In this document: positions 1 to 10,137 of the stretch, piece by piece
Layout: each line of letters opens with the position of its first letter
Numbering within the stretch: the stretch's first letter is position 1
From: Sedimentisphaerales bacterium
GTDB taxonomy: Bacteria > Planctomycetota > Phycisphaerae > Sedimentisphaerales > SM23-30
Reading direction: 5' to 3' (one strand)
DNA: 64,000 nucleotides
Assembly (NCBI GenBank): GCA_963666285.1
Contig: OY762711.1
Translations under genes and position numbers: made by a program
The notes under the pieces: model-generated
The model's database searches: none
The model's input: only the letters and a program-made list of their open reading frames with translations
What the model was told of the DNA's origin: nothing

Positions 1-1431
1 TAGGGGAGTAAGTTCGGCCGGTCTGATTATACACTGCGTATCAACACTCTGCTCGATAGGAATCCATAGTATCCCTACAATACTTGAACAGATAAGAAGT
101 ATTATTGCTGTTGCCATAACCGGGTGAACATGAATAGAATCCCATTGTGCCCCCAGGAATTTAAGAAATTTGAAAAATGGTGTAATAAAGGACGTTATTA
201 TTGTTGATATAGCCATTATCGCAGCGATACTTTCGAGTCCGTATGGTTCCAAAAATTTCCAGACCATGGTAACGATCGCAAATATAATGAACCAGCGATA
301 AATTGCACTGCAAATTGCGTAAGCCAGGATACCGGATTCTCTGGTATCAAGGTCTATCGGCTTTTCCGCTTTTTCCATGCCTAATACGTATTTTTTGCCT
401 AAATACCATAGATATTGCGTGGCTTTCTGTTTCATGTTAGGTATCTCAAGCATATCCATAACGAAGTAATAGCCATCATATCTCAGTAAGGGATTTCCAT
501 TAAACATGATTGTATTAATACTTGCTGCCAGCATTACATTTAGGGCAAACTGGTTTATCATGCTGCCGGGCACTGTTATCGCCCATATTATTGTTGCAGC
601 CGTGGCCAAAAATACCTCTACCGCTATTCCGGCGGCTGTTATCCATACCCGTTTGTGTTTCTTGCTTATCATCCAGGCATCCGACACATCGCAATACATA
701 CAAGGCATAAATACCAAAAATAGTATTCCCATTTCATGTACTTCTACGCCGAAATGCTTGGCTGTTAAGCCATGACCGAATTCGTGAATTATTTTAATAC
801 AGAATAACGCTGGAAACAGGAACATCAAGTTTGTCCAGCTTAACAGCGGCTGTCTTTGCCCCAAATTGTCAATATTGGAAAACAGCATATATATTGCAAC
901 AACAAACATTATCAGCGTAAAGATTATCATTGCCTTGCTGTAGATAAACGATCCTATTACCCTGTCCATTTTTGTTAGCAGCTTATCCGGGTCCAGCATG
1001 GGTATCTTGAAAAACATATATTCTGTTTTTATTCGCTGCCATATGCTGCGTGTAAGCTGCTGTTTGCGTTTCATTAAGTAGTCAGTTGTGCTGTCGCCGG
1101 TTGCCTGCAATAAATTACCGCCGCGCATCATTATTATAAAGCTCATTACTGACTGTGCATCAAATGTGTCGTCTGGAAATCGGATTGCTAATGTTTTCAG
1201 TACATCCTCAAGAGTTGTTTTACCGTCCAACATTTTAAAAATTGTATATTCTGGCGGTCTAAGGCGATAGTATCTTAAAGAAGTCGGATCTTTTAAAACA
1301 TAACATGGATTTCCATAATACACTTGTTCGGTTATTTCCAGGTCCGCTCTTGCTTTTGGCAATACGCCGGTTTGAGCTTTACTGGATTGAGATGAAATTT
1401 TATCTATATCAATATTGTTGTTTTCAGGCAT
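1..1431 (-). CDS. M50 family (site-2-like) membrane metallopeptidase with N-terminal PqqD-like domain, probably HlyD-fused; runs off the window edge
   Basis: Not in the ORF track. Manual translation from ATG 1431: MPENNNID...YVLKDPTSLRYYRL...IIHEFGHG...NGNPLLRYDGYY, giving HExxH plus the NPxxxxDG M50 motif and several TM segments. Confidence 0.85.
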   Translation of the reverse strand, partial: MPENNNIDIDKISSQSSKAQTGVLPKARADLEITEQVYYGNPCYVLKDPTSLRYYRLRPPEYTIFKMLDGKTTLEDVLKTLAIRFPDDTFDAQSVMSFIIMMRGGNLLQATGDSTTDYLMKRKQQLTRSIWQRIKTEYMFFKIPMLDPDKLLTKMDRVIGSFIYSKAMIIFTLIMFVVAIYMLFSNIDNLGQRQPLLSWTNLMFLFPALFCIKIIHEFGHGLTAKHFGVEVHEMGILFLVFMPCMYCDVSDAWMISKKHKRVWITAAGIAVEVFLATAATIIWAITVPGSMINQFALNVMLAASINTIMFNGNPLLRYDGYYFVMDMLEIPNMKQKATQYLWYLGKKYVLGMEKAEKPIDLDTRESGILAYAICSAIYRWFIIFAIVTMVWKFLEPYGLESIAAIMAISTIITSFITPFFKFLKFLGAQWDSIHVHPVMATAIILLICSSIVGILWIPIEQSVDTQCIIRPAELTPL

Positions 1432-1602
1432 GGCATTTCCATTGTTGTATTTATCTAAATATCTTTATAAACATATTCTAGCAAAAAAATATTCACTAGT
1501 AAATATCGACATATATTTATAGCAACTTATGATGTTTAGAAGTTATATGTTTTACATTATCTTTGTGTGGTAGTACCAAATAGCGTAACGGTAGGGTAGT
1601 TT

Positions 1603-1638
1603 AAAAAAAAGAAGCCGGGCTACAAAATATAACCCGGC
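1603..1638 (-). terminator. Rho-independent terminator
   Basis: Minus strand GCCGGGTTA...TAGCCCGGC followed by TTC and T8. Confidence 0.75.
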
Positions 1639-1776
1639 ATTAGGTTGTTCGTGAGCTATCACTATAATGGATCTAAATTACCCAAATCGTTAAGATCCGA
1701 ATAATCCGCCTAAGCAGGCCCACTCCCAACATAGCGTACTTTTATGTCTATTCTCTTTAGAAATTTCCTCGTCCTT
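1603..1776 (-). ncRNA. Candidate ~170-nt sRNA or leader RNA
   Basis: TTGAAA-17bp-TATATT promoter (1811-1783), nested stems GUUG/CAAC, GUGGGC/GCUCAC and GGAUCU/AGAUCC, then a terminator; no family recognised. Confidence 0.35.
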
Positions 1777-1941
1777 ATCTATAATATATATGACATTATC
1801 GGACATTTCAATATGTTTTTTAAAATTTAAATATTTTTTATTTATTGTTAATAAAGAAAATACGATTTCGCAACAAAATCTGGGCTTTCCATTCGCGGAC
1901 TACTTCAATATTTGGCACACACCCAACTATGGTAGGTCCAG

Positions 1942-2880
1942 CTATTTAAGGTGTATTAAATTATGTTCTCTTGCATAATGGAATTTATAACTGTTCCAGT
2001 AACCCCATGCTATCCCTAAACTGCCAAATACTGCGTATGTTATTGGAAGAATAGTCAAAGTTGCATAACCGGGATGTATTAGATGAGCTGGAACTCCATT
2101 GCTTGCCAGTTGGTCCCATAGGCCGTTGTTTCCTCTGATATAAAAGAAAGTCGCTACTATAATTGGTAGCGGAATAAATGCTTTTCCTGTGGTCCTGGTA
2201 AATTGGTGGGTAGCCATAACCGCAATAAAAAAGGTTGCTGTAACTGCAAATGCCTGCTGACCTATAGAGACTGCTGTGGAAAATTTCTGAGGCGAACCTG
2301 CTACCATTATTTCAGCTGTATCTCCAAGGCAGAGATATGGCAATATTAAGATCGATATTATACTTGCCGCAACTGCTGATAATATACATTTGGGAATATC
2401 TGTACCAAATTTAAGCTGACTGTTTTCCTCGGTGTTTTCTATGGCAGTTTTTTGGGGAATAAATTTTTTGTTTAGAATAACTACTACTATAAGTCCTGTA
2501 ATTATAGGTATATACCACAAAAAAGTATCAACTGCCATCTGGTTGAACAAGCTTGATCTGGATGACCCGCTCTGGTGTAAAGTTAGCAGTTTGTTCATAT
2601 TTGGAGAAAAAATAGCAGGAAGCAGCAGAACAAAAGGCGCTGCTAAAGGGGCTATATAACGAGTATTTTTACCGCCTATGAAAAACGCCAGAATTGTCGC
2701 CGCAATGCAGATGATGTTTATATATAGATATGTCATGAATGAGCTGTTAGGATTACCTAATATTGACTGAGGCAGGTCGTTATTATTAAACAGTGTGCCC
2801 TTACAGGTCATCCAGTATAGTCCGGCGGCAATTAACACTATTATTGTAATACGAATCTTTGTTAATATATGTAGTTTCAT
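1942..2880 (-). CDS. Multi-pass membrane protein of unknown function
   Basis: 312-aa ORF with about 8 hydrophobic segments. Confidence 0.75.
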   Translation of the reverse strand: MKLHILTKIRITIIVLIAAGLYWMTCKGTLFNNNDLPQSILGNPNSSFMTYLYINIICIAATILAFFIGGKNTRYIAPLAAPFVLLLPAIFSPNMNKLLTLHQSGSSRSSLFNQMAVDTFLWYIPIITGLIVVVILNKKFIPQKTAIENTEENSQLKFGTDIPKCILSAVAASIISILILPYLCLGDTAEIMVAGSPQKFSTAVSIGQQAFAVTATFFIAVMATHQFTRTTGKAFIPLPIIVATFFYIRGNNGLWDQLASNGVPAHLIHPGYATLTILPITYAVFGSLGIAWGYWNSYKFHYAREHNLIHLK

Positions 2881-3108
2881 AATTTATAATATTACTGCTT
2901 TTTTAGTCAATAACAAGATAATTCAATATTAATCTTGGCTGCTTCTCAAGCTTTTATCAAAGATTATTTTACCTTCAAAACACGCTATATACCAATTATT
3001 TAGTCATTGCTTAAATTTATTTCAAGATAGATTTTACCATTTTAACTATTATTTTCTTTCTGTATGTATACTTGTGAAATATACTATTATTTTTACGGCT
3101 TATATTTA

Positions 3109-3331
3109 GTTTACTTTCGCAGTTTTTAAGTTGCAATAACGAAGTGACTCTGGTAAATCGCCTAAAAGGGCCTTCCTGCAGCGTTTTGAGTTAAATATAC
3201 TTTCGAGAAATAGCTCGAAAACACAATTAAATATATAGTTTTTCATTCACAAGGCCCTGTTCCGGCCTTTGCGTGTAATGTTGAACAGTCAAAAGTGCGC
3301 CATGCATATGATGCGAAGCATAAACCGCACT
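3109..3331 (+). repeat. MITE-like dispersed repeat R1, longest copy
   Basis: GTTTACTTTCGCAGTTTTTAAGTTGCAATAAC...AATCGCCTAAAAGGGCC...GCGTGTAATGTTGAACAGTCAAAAGTGCG; recurs at 5061, 6023, 8250, 14650 and 16866. Confidence 0.85.
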
Positions 3332-3379
3332 ATTACAAATTTGTTTTATATAATATTAAACTATTTTGAGGAAATCGTT

Positions 3380-5008
3380 TTGCATAATACTGTTAGTAAC
3401 ATCCCGTATCCTGTTAATGAACCTGTGTTTTCATATGCCCCCGGTTCACCTGAAAGAGAAAAATTAGAGGCAGAACTCTCTATACTCGAAGCTCAGGAGA
3501 TAGAAATTCCGCTTATTATTGGCGGAAAGGAAATCAAAACAGGCAAGCTTGGAAAATGTGTACAACCGCACAATCATAAAAAGACTCTTTGTACCTTCCA
3601 TATGGCAGGTGAAAAAGAGGTTGAAATGGCAATTGAGGCGACTCAAAAAGCCAAAAAAAGTTGGGAAAATCTTCCTTATGTTGAGCGTGCCAGGGTATTT
3701 TTAAAAGCGGCTGATTTGCTCGCTACAAAATATCGCTATAAAGTTAATGCTGCAACAATGCTGAACCAGAGTAAAAATGCTTTTCAGGCTGAAATTGACA
3801 GTGCTTGCGAACTTATTGACTTCTGGAAATTTAATGTGTTTTTTATGCAGCAGCTTTATCAGGACCAACCTTTGTATTCTCCTGCTGGAATGCTTAATTC
3901 TGTTGAATACAGGGCTTTGGAAGGGTTTGTCTTTGCTGTTTCTCCCTTTAATTTTACCAGTATCGGGGGAAATCTTCCCACTGCTCCGGCAATGATGGGC
4001 AATACTGCTATATGGAAACCGGCTTCTACCTCGGTTTTCTCTAATTATTTCATTATGAAGCTGCTTCAGGAAGCAGGCTTGCCGGACGGTGTTATCAATT
4101 TTATTCCGGGTTCTGGTCCGGAAATTTGCCAACAGGTAATGAGTTCGCCGCTTTTTGCCGGCATACATTTCACCGGCAGTACTGCAGTATTCCAGGGCAT
4201 GTGGAAGATGATTGGTAATAATATCGATAAATATATCTCTTATCCAAGAATTGTCGGCGAGACTGGCGGAAAGGATTTTATGGTAGCTCATTCTTCTGCG
4301 GATATCCAGGAAGTTGCTGTTGCCATGGTTCGCGGCGCCTATGAGTTCCAGGGCCAGAAATGTTCAGCTCTCTCTCGGGCATACATTCCGGAAAGCCTCT
4401 GGCCTGGTATCAAGGAAAGCATTGGAAATATGCTTGCCGAAATTAAAATGGGCGATGTGAAGGATTTTACAAATTTCGTTAATGCTGTTATTGATAAAAA
4501 GTCTTTTGACAAAAATAAGGGATATATAGACAGGGCCGCTAGCTCCAAAGATGCTGAAATTGTCTTTGGCGGCAAATGTGATGATTCCGTTGGCTATTTT
4601 GTTGAACCAACATTAATATTAGCCAATAAAGCCGACTATGAATCTATGGTTGAAGAGATATTCGGCCCGGTTTTAACTGTATTTGTCTATCCGGACAATG
4701 AATTTGAGCAGATTCTTAATACTTGTGATACTACTAGTATTTATGCTCTTACCGGTTGCATTATGGCTCGTGACAGGTATGCCGTTCAAATGGCTTTAGA
4801 CACGCTAAGGCATTCTGCCGGCAATTTCTATATAAACGACAAACCAACTGGCGCTGTTGTTGGACAGCAGCCTTTTGGAGGCAGCAGGGGTTCTGGAACT
4901 AACGATAAGGCTGGCTCTATGCAGAATCTGCTCAGGTGGGTATCTGTAAGAACGCTCAAAGAAAACTTTATCCCGCCGACAGATTATAAATATCCGTTTA
5001 TGGGATAA
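3380..5008 (+). CDS. pruA: 1-pyrroline-5-carboxylate (L-glutamate gamma-semialdehyde) dehydrogenase
   Basis: ALDH motifs SPFNF, FTGS, GETGGKDF, GQKCSA, EEIFGP, QQPFGGSR. Probable TTG start at 3380 after GAGG; the ORF extension to 3269 lies in repeat R1. Confidence 0.92.
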   Translation: MHNTVSNIPYPVNEPVFSYAPGSPEREKLEAELSILEAQEIEIPLIIGGKEIKTGKLGKCVQPHNHKKTLCTFHMAGEKEVEMAIEATQKAKKSWENLPYVERARVFLKAADLLATKYRYKVNAATMLNQSKNAFQAEIDSACELIDFWKFNVFFMQQLYQDQPLYSPAGMLNSVEYRALEGFVFAVSPFNFTSIGGNLPTAPAMMGNTAIWKPASTSVFSNYFIMKLLQEAGLPDGVINFIPGSGPEICQQVMSSPLFAGIHFTGSTAVFQGMWKMIGNNIDKYISYPRIVGETGGKDFMVAHSSADIQEVAVAMVRGAYEFQGQKCSALSRAYIPESLWPGIKESIGNMLAEIKMGDVKDFTNFVNAVIDKKSFDKNKGYIDRAASSKDAEIVFGGKCDDSVGYFVEPTLILANKADYESMVEEIFGPVLTVFVYPDNEFEQILNTCDTTSIYALTGCIMARDRYAVQMALDTLRHSAGNFYINDKPTGAVVGQQPFGGSRGSGTNDKAGSMQNLLRWVSVRTLKENFIPPTDYKYPFMG

Positions 5009-5060
5009 TCTGGTTACCAGGATTTATTGCTAATAAATTACCTGTTTCATTTAATTGGCA

Positions 5061-5134
5061 TGTTTCGGCCTTTGCGTGTAATGCTGAATAGTCACAAGTG
5101 CGTCATGCATATGATGCGAATCATAAATCACACT
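5061..5134 (+). repeat. R1 partial copy (right end)
   Basis: GGCCTTTGCGTGTAATGCTGAATAGTCACAAGTGCG...CATGCATATGATGCGAA matches 3260-3331. Confidence 0.85.
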
Positions 5135-5221
5135 TATACAACAGGCTGTATTATAATAATACAGCCTGTTGCATTTTCTTATCAATTGTCTTTAACATTT
5201 TCGTATTATTTTTTTATAAAC

Positions 5222-5971
5222 TTATTTTTTGCGTTTCATTAATTTTCGATATTGGGCAGGTGTCAGTCCGATTGTTTTTTTGAATTGTCGTGAAAAAGCG
5301 CTTTGGTCTGCATACCCGCAATCCAAAGCTATTTCTACTATTTGAAGATTGGTCTCTCTCAGTTTCCATAATGCAATTTCTATTCTTGTCTTCTGGATAA
5401 ATTGACCTGCTGTCAGCTTGAATATCTTCTGCATACGCTGTTCATATTGATAGGTCGACATACACGCCATTCTGGCCAGATCATCGACCATCAGTGCCTT
5501 ATTATAATTATTCTTTATATATGTGACGCTTTCGGCTATACGCTGATAGTCTTCGTGTTTTTTCTTTTGTGGTATTAGGTCTCGCGATACGCCCGCTATC
5601 CCTACAACTTCACCTTTTGCGCCATGAAGAGGCACTTTTGTCGTAAGGCACCAGGACAATTCCTGGTTTGGCGTCATATGCAGTTCCAGCTGATTTAATA
5701 TCGGGGTACCGTCTTTGAGGATTTGGTCGTCCTGTTTCCTGTATTCGCTGCCAAGCGATAATGGATATACCTGGTCTGATGTTTTTCCAATTAACGCTGA
5801 TTTGTCGGTCAGGCCGCACCTTTCAACCAGGGTCTGATTAACAACAATATATTCGCCTTTATTATTTTTGACAAAATATACTATGTCGCTGAGTTGGTCA
5901 AAGAGGGTTTCGCAAGTGAAAGGCTCGTAGAGTAAGTTAAAGAAATCTGCTTGAAGTGAGGTATTTTCCAT
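5222..5971 (-). CDS. AraC family transcriptional regulator with N-terminal PAS domain
   Basis: PAS-like YFVKN...IGKT...TTKVPL...GIAGVSRD, then C-terminal AraC HTH IALDCGYADQSAFSRQFKK.IG.TP.QYR. Confidence 0.9.
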   Translation of the reverse strand: MENTSLQADFFNLLYEPFTCETLFDQLSDIVYFVKNNKGEYIVVNQTLVERCGLTDKSALIGKTSDQVYPLSLGSEYRKQDDQILKDGTPILNQLELHMTPNQELSWCLTTKVPLHGAKGEVVGIAGVSRDLIPQKKKHEDYQRIAESVTYIKNNYNKALMVDDLARMACMSTYQYEQRMQKIFKLTAGQFIQKTRIEIALWKLRETNLQIVEIALDCGYADQSAFSRQFKKTIGLTPAQYRKLMKRKK

Positions 5972-6022
5972 AAGATTTTTGTACCGTACCTAGAGATAGT
6001 TAATATTAGCATTAAACTTATA

Positions 6023-6204
6023 GTTAACTTTTATAGTTTTTAAGTTGCAGTAATCGCCTAAAAGGGCCTTCTTGCAACATTTTGGATTAAATAGACTTTC
6101 GAGAATTAGCTCGAAAATACAATTAAATGTTTAGTCTTTCATTCACAAGGCCCTGTTTTGGCCTTTGCGTGTAATGTTGGAAAGTCAAAAGTGCGAAACC
6201 GCAC
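6023..6204 (+). repeat. R1 copy with internal deletion
   Basis: Near-collinear with 3109-3300 (AATCGCCTAAAAGGGCC, TTTCGAGAA.TAGCTCGAAA, CATTCACAAGGCCCTG, GTCAAAAGTGCG). Confidence 0.85.
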
Positions 6205-6441
6205 CTTATACCATTGGAATATATTTGAAGTGTTTTTAATCTAAATCGTGTAATAATTACAAATTATGGCTTTTACCGCTCTCAAATATCTCCTATAATA
6301 TATTAGTAAGAATACTACTAATTTATTTGCAAGGCAAGTATTTTTGTTAGACTTTCATTATAAAATTTGATATTGTAAAATATTCAATTTATGTATCGAA
6401 TTTGCGCATATTATACCAAATGAAAAACTAGGTAATATATT

Positions 6442-7236
6442 ATGAAAATAGGTTTTATCGGTTGCGGCCAGATGGCACAGGTGTTGGTTAACTCTTTTAT
6501 TGAAAGCGAAATTGTTAGCTCTTCGCAGATTATTTGTTCTGATGTTAACCACGAACTATTAGAGGAAACCCGTGACAAATGTGGTGTCTGGATCACTATG
6601 GACAATAGCTATGTCTTTGAAAATGCAGACATTATTTTTCTCGCTGTTAAACCTCAGGCTTTTAATGATGCTGTCGTTGGTTGTAAGGACAAGATTCGTA
6701 AATCGCACCTTATCGTTTCTATTATGGCTGGTGTGACTATTTCCAGGATCAAGGAATCTCTACCGGCTCCCGTTGTCAGGGTTATGCCCAATACTCCCTG
6801 TATTGTCGGTCATATGGCCGCAGGTTATGCCGTTGGTAAAGATGTGACAACAGAAAAGCAGGAGTTTGTTGTTAAGCTGCTGTCTTGTACTGGAATTGCT
6901 ATCAAGGTTAATGAGTATGATCTTGATGCCGTAACTGGTCTTAGCGGTTCTGGTCCGGCCTTTGTGGCGTATCTGATTCAGCAATTTATTGATGCCGGCA
7001 TTAAAGAAGGATTGTCTCCAGATAAGGCCAGGGAGCTTTCTGTGATGACATTTATTGGTACCGGCATTTTGATCAGGGAAAAGAATATAGCACCGGAAAA
7101 GCTTATCCAAATGGTATCTTCTCCCAATGGTACTACTGTGGCAGGGCGGGAAATTCTGGAACACTCCGATATTGCTCAGATTATTCAGGATACAATTGCT
7201 CGGGCTTCTGAACGAAGCAGGGAATTATCAAAATAA
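6442..7236 (+). CDS. proC: Pyrroline-5-carboxylate reductase
   Basis: GFIGCGQM, LAVKPQ, VRVMPNTP, TGLSGSGPA, VSSPNGTT. Confidence 0.95.
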   Translation: MKIGFIGCGQMAQVLVNSFIESEIVSSSQIICSDVNHELLEETRDKCGVWITMDNSYVFENADIIFLAVKPQAFNDAVVGCKDKIRKSHLIVSIMAGVTISRIKESLPAPVVRVMPNTPCIVGHMAAGYAVGKDVTTEKQEFVVKLLSCTGIAIKVNEYDLDAVTGLSGSGPAFVAYLIQQFIDAGIKEGLSPDKARELSVMTFIGTGILIREKNIAPEKLIQMVSSPNGTTVAGREILEHSDIAQIIQDTIARASERSRELSK

Positions 7237-7354
7237 ATGCTACTGATCCTGACTATGAACTTTGAAATAGACTCTAATCATATATAATAATAAGGGATGT
7301 TCACTACCATGAATATCCCTTATTTTATGTTTACAGCTTTTCAAGTTATCATTG

Positions 7355-8230
7355 CTACATATCAAGGGCTATATCAAGATTGCGAACTGAGTGTGTTAAT
7401 GCCCCGACTGATATTCGGTCTACTCCTGTCTCCGCTACTCCTCTCACTGTGTCAAAAGTTATTCCCCCCGACGCTTCCAGCTGTACAAACCTCGATTCTT
7501 CCTGCATCCTGTCACGAATTTGTACGGCTTCTTTAAGGTCTTTATTCGACATATTATCCAGAAGGACAATATCTACTCCTTTTATTGCTAATACAATTTT
7601 TAACTGTTCCAGTGTGTCAACTTCTACTTGTATAAAGTCAGGTTGCCTTTCAAATTTCCGTATTCGTTCCAGCATAAGAAAAACTTTATCATGTAGAGAC
7701 TCACCCTTAACTGCGGCCAGATGGTTATCTTTCACCAGTACCGCGTCAAATAAGGAGAATCGATGGTTCACTCCGCCTCCGCAGCGTACCGCGTATTTCT
7801 CCAGCTCACGCCATCCTGGAGTTGTTTTGCGGGTATCACATATCCGGGCCTTTGTTCCGCGAACTGCTTCTACATATTTATTTGTTATAGTAGCTATTCC
7901 GCTTAACCTTTGGATAAAGTTTAATATAATTCTTTCTGCCGCCAGTATCGAACGCATATTGCCCGATAACAGTCCTATTGCCTGGTGAGCCGCTATCATG
8001 TCACCATCATGAGCAAAAGGGGAATATACGATCGAACTGTCATAATAGCTTAAAATATCTTTGACTACCTGAGAACCGCAAAAACATCCCGGCTCTCTGA
8101 ATACCAGATTACCTTCCCCGGATAATTCTATCGGGATAGTCGTCTCTGATGTTATATCTCCATATTGATAGTCTTCTCGCCAGGCCAGCTCAATCAGCGG
8201 CAGATAGCTTTTGGGATCTGGTATTTTCAT
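7355..8230 (-). CDS. nadC: Nicotinate-nucleotide diphosphorylase (quinolinate phosphoribosyltransferase)
   Basis: DTRKTTPG, NHRF.L.D.VLVKDNH, EVDT, LLDN, EASGGI. Confidence 0.95.
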   Translation of the reverse strand: MKIPDPKSYLPLIELAWREDYQYGDITSETTIPIELSGEGNLVFREPGCFCGSQVVKDILSYYDSSIVYSPFAHDGDMIAAHQAIGLLSGNMRSILAAERIILNFIQRLSGIATITNKYVEAVRGTKARICDTRKTTPGWRELEKYAVRCGGGVNHRFSLFDAVLVKDNHLAAVKGESLHDKVFLMLERIRKFERQPDFIQVEVDTLEQLKIVLAIKGVDIVLLDNMSNKDLKEAVQIRDRMQEESRFVQLEASGGITFDTVRGVAETGVDRISVGALTHSVRNLDIALDM

Positions 8231-8249
8231 ATTTATCTTATCTTTAATT

Positions 8250-8337
8250 GTTTACTTTCGCAGTTTTTAAGTTGCTGGAAGGTCCTGTTTCGTTGTATGC
8301 GTGTAATGTTAAACTGTCAAGAGTGCGATATTGCACT
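8250..8337 (+). repeat. R1 minimal copy (both ends joined)
   Basis: GTTTACTTTCGCAGTTTTTAAGTTGC fused directly to GCGTGTAATGTTAAACTGTCAAGAGTGCG. Confidence 0.8.
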
Positions 8338-9301
8338 ACTTCTTCCTTTGCGAATATTTTTCTACTAAATCTATTATCTTGGGCTGATCCGGATCTAATT
8401 CTAGGGATTTATGCCAGTAGCTAACCGCCTCACGTGCAAGATCCTGTTCTTTTTCTTCACTATTGATGAATTGCATCATTCTTACAACCCCCATTCCATT
8501 ATAAGCATCCAGGTTATCTTTCTCTAAATCCAAAATACTCTTGTAAAAATCATATGCCTCTGATAATTGCTGGTTTGACAGGTGGCAGTAAGCGATAGAT
8601 ACCCTCGCTTTTACACTCTCCGGGTGTATCTTTATTGCTTTATTCAATATATACAATGCAGGCTCATATCTTTGCATATTTGTATATGCCAGGCCAAGCC
8701 CTATCATGGCATTCAGGTCATATGTATCTATTTCTAGCGATCTTTTATACTCTGTGATCGCTTTTTCATAGTCTCCGCTTTTGCTGTAAATATCTGCCAG
8801 CCCGGCCATATATTCAGAATTATTCGGATCGATCTCAATCGCTGCCCGGCAAAATTCTTCTGCCTTACCATAGTCATCTACTTTATAATAGCAAACGCCT
8901 AACCTGTAATTGACTTCACTACTCATCGGTTTCAGTTTATGGGCCTGGCTAAGAGTAGTTATTGCGTCTTTGAATCTTTCTAATACCTGGTAAACTTTTC
9001 CAAGCTTGAGATGTGCTGTGAATCCCCATGGATTAATTCGGCATGTCTTTTCATAGGATTTTGCCGCGTTTTCGTATTCACCGTTTTCTGCATATATGTC
9101 GCCCATCATTGAATGAGCCAGCGAAAACTCACTGTCTAGTTTTACTGCCTCTTTTAGTGCATATAAGGCATTTTGATCAAAATCGGTATTCTTCAGTGAC
9201 ATTGCTGTAACATAATACTCAACTGCTTTCTCATGTTTCCAGTTGCATCCTCCAATAATAATCAACGCTAATATTAAAAGTGATAATATGTGTCTATGCA
9301 T
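8336..9301 (-). CDS. Tetratricopeptide-repeat lipoprotein
   Basis: Signal peptide ending IIGGC, followed by multiple 34-aa TPR units. Confidence 0.85.
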   Translation of the reverse strand: MHRHILSLLILALIIIGGCNWKHEKAVEYYVTAMSLKNTDFDQNALYALKEAVKLDSEFSLAHSMMGDIYAENGEYENAAKSYEKTCRINPWGFTAHLKLGKVYQVLERFKDAITTLSQAHKLKPMSSEVNYRLGVCYYKVDDYGKAEEFCRAAIEIDPNNSEYMAGLADIYSKSGDYEKAITEYKRSLEIDTYDLNAMIGLGLAYTNMQRYEPALYILNKAIKIHPESVKARVSIAYCHLSNQQLSEAYDFYKSILDLEKDNLDAYNGMGVVRMMQFINSEEKEQDLAREAVSYWHKSLELDPDQPKIIDLVEKYSQRKK

Positions 9302-9375
9302 AGTTTTGTATCCGTTTAATATTTATATATCATTTAATGTGTTTTCAATATCATACCATATCAAAGGTATAGATG

Positions 9376-10122
9376 TTAATTCCTTTTCCAGCCTTCATCT
9401 GCCGGCATTTTCCATGAATTTTCAGTACTTAGCATTTTCTTTTGCAGTAATATACTCATTATTACGCAGAATAATAGCAATGCGGGTAAATTCATTGGCA
9501 TATCTATCAGGTATTGTTTCATCATAGAAGCGAATGGGGTTTGATTCTTCAATATTGCCATTAACCCTATGATAAGCATTGAGCAGCCCTGTACAGAAGT
9601 AAACATCATTACCGTATACTTAAATGAAGAAAAGGCCAAAAACGCTCCTGCTACCATTCCCGCCAGTCCGCCGGCCAGTATCAAATTGTCCATTCCCATA
9701 AAACCTTTCCATAGTGCCGCTCCTATGGCTGCCCCGGCCATTCCTCCCAGGATTGCCACGCAGTATTTCATGAAAGGGTATGTCATTGATACGCAGAATA
9801 TCGCTCCCAATACTCCGCATAATAATATTATATTAGGCTGATTTGACTGGCTGCCCGCATATCTGCCCAGGTATAATCCTAAATACAAAAAGTTCAATGC
9901 CACTAGCAGCCGGAATAGTCGCCATCCGTACAATATGAAAATTGCCGCGATTGTAATAGCACCTAAAGCCTGTATCGATGATACAGAGTCCAGCTTTACC
10001 CAGAGTTCATTAAAATCTGACAATCTTTGCAGGCTTGACGAAAAGTTCTGTGACGTTTCGCCTTCTTCAGCTCCATTTGCCACTTGTGCCAGCAAAGTAA
10101 AATCTAATCCAGTGAAATTCAT
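9376..10122 (-). CDS. DUF4203/TMEM198-like membrane protein
   Basis: LYGWRLFR motif, Gly-rich TM helices, TSVQG motif. Confidence 0.65.
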   Translation of the reverse strand: MNFTGLDFTLLAQVANGAEEGETSQNFSSSLQRLSDFNELWVKLDSVSSIQALGAITIAAIFILYGWRLFRLLVALNFLYLGLYLGRYAGSQSNQPNIILLCGVLGAIFCVSMTYPFMKYCVAILGGMAGAAIGAALWKGFMGMDNLILAGGLAGMVAGAFLAFSSFKYTVMMFTSVQGCSMLIIGLMAILKNQTPFASMMKQYLIDMPMNLPALLLFCVIMSILLQKKMLSTENSWKMPADEGWKRN

Positions 10123-10137
10123 TTTTGCTGCTCCTTA

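Noticed and set aside
3269..3379. N-terminal extension of PruA, and the similar 5027-5242 and 8165-8368 ORFs
   Set aside because: These are translations of repeat R1 (RVMLNS/C motif), not real coding sequence
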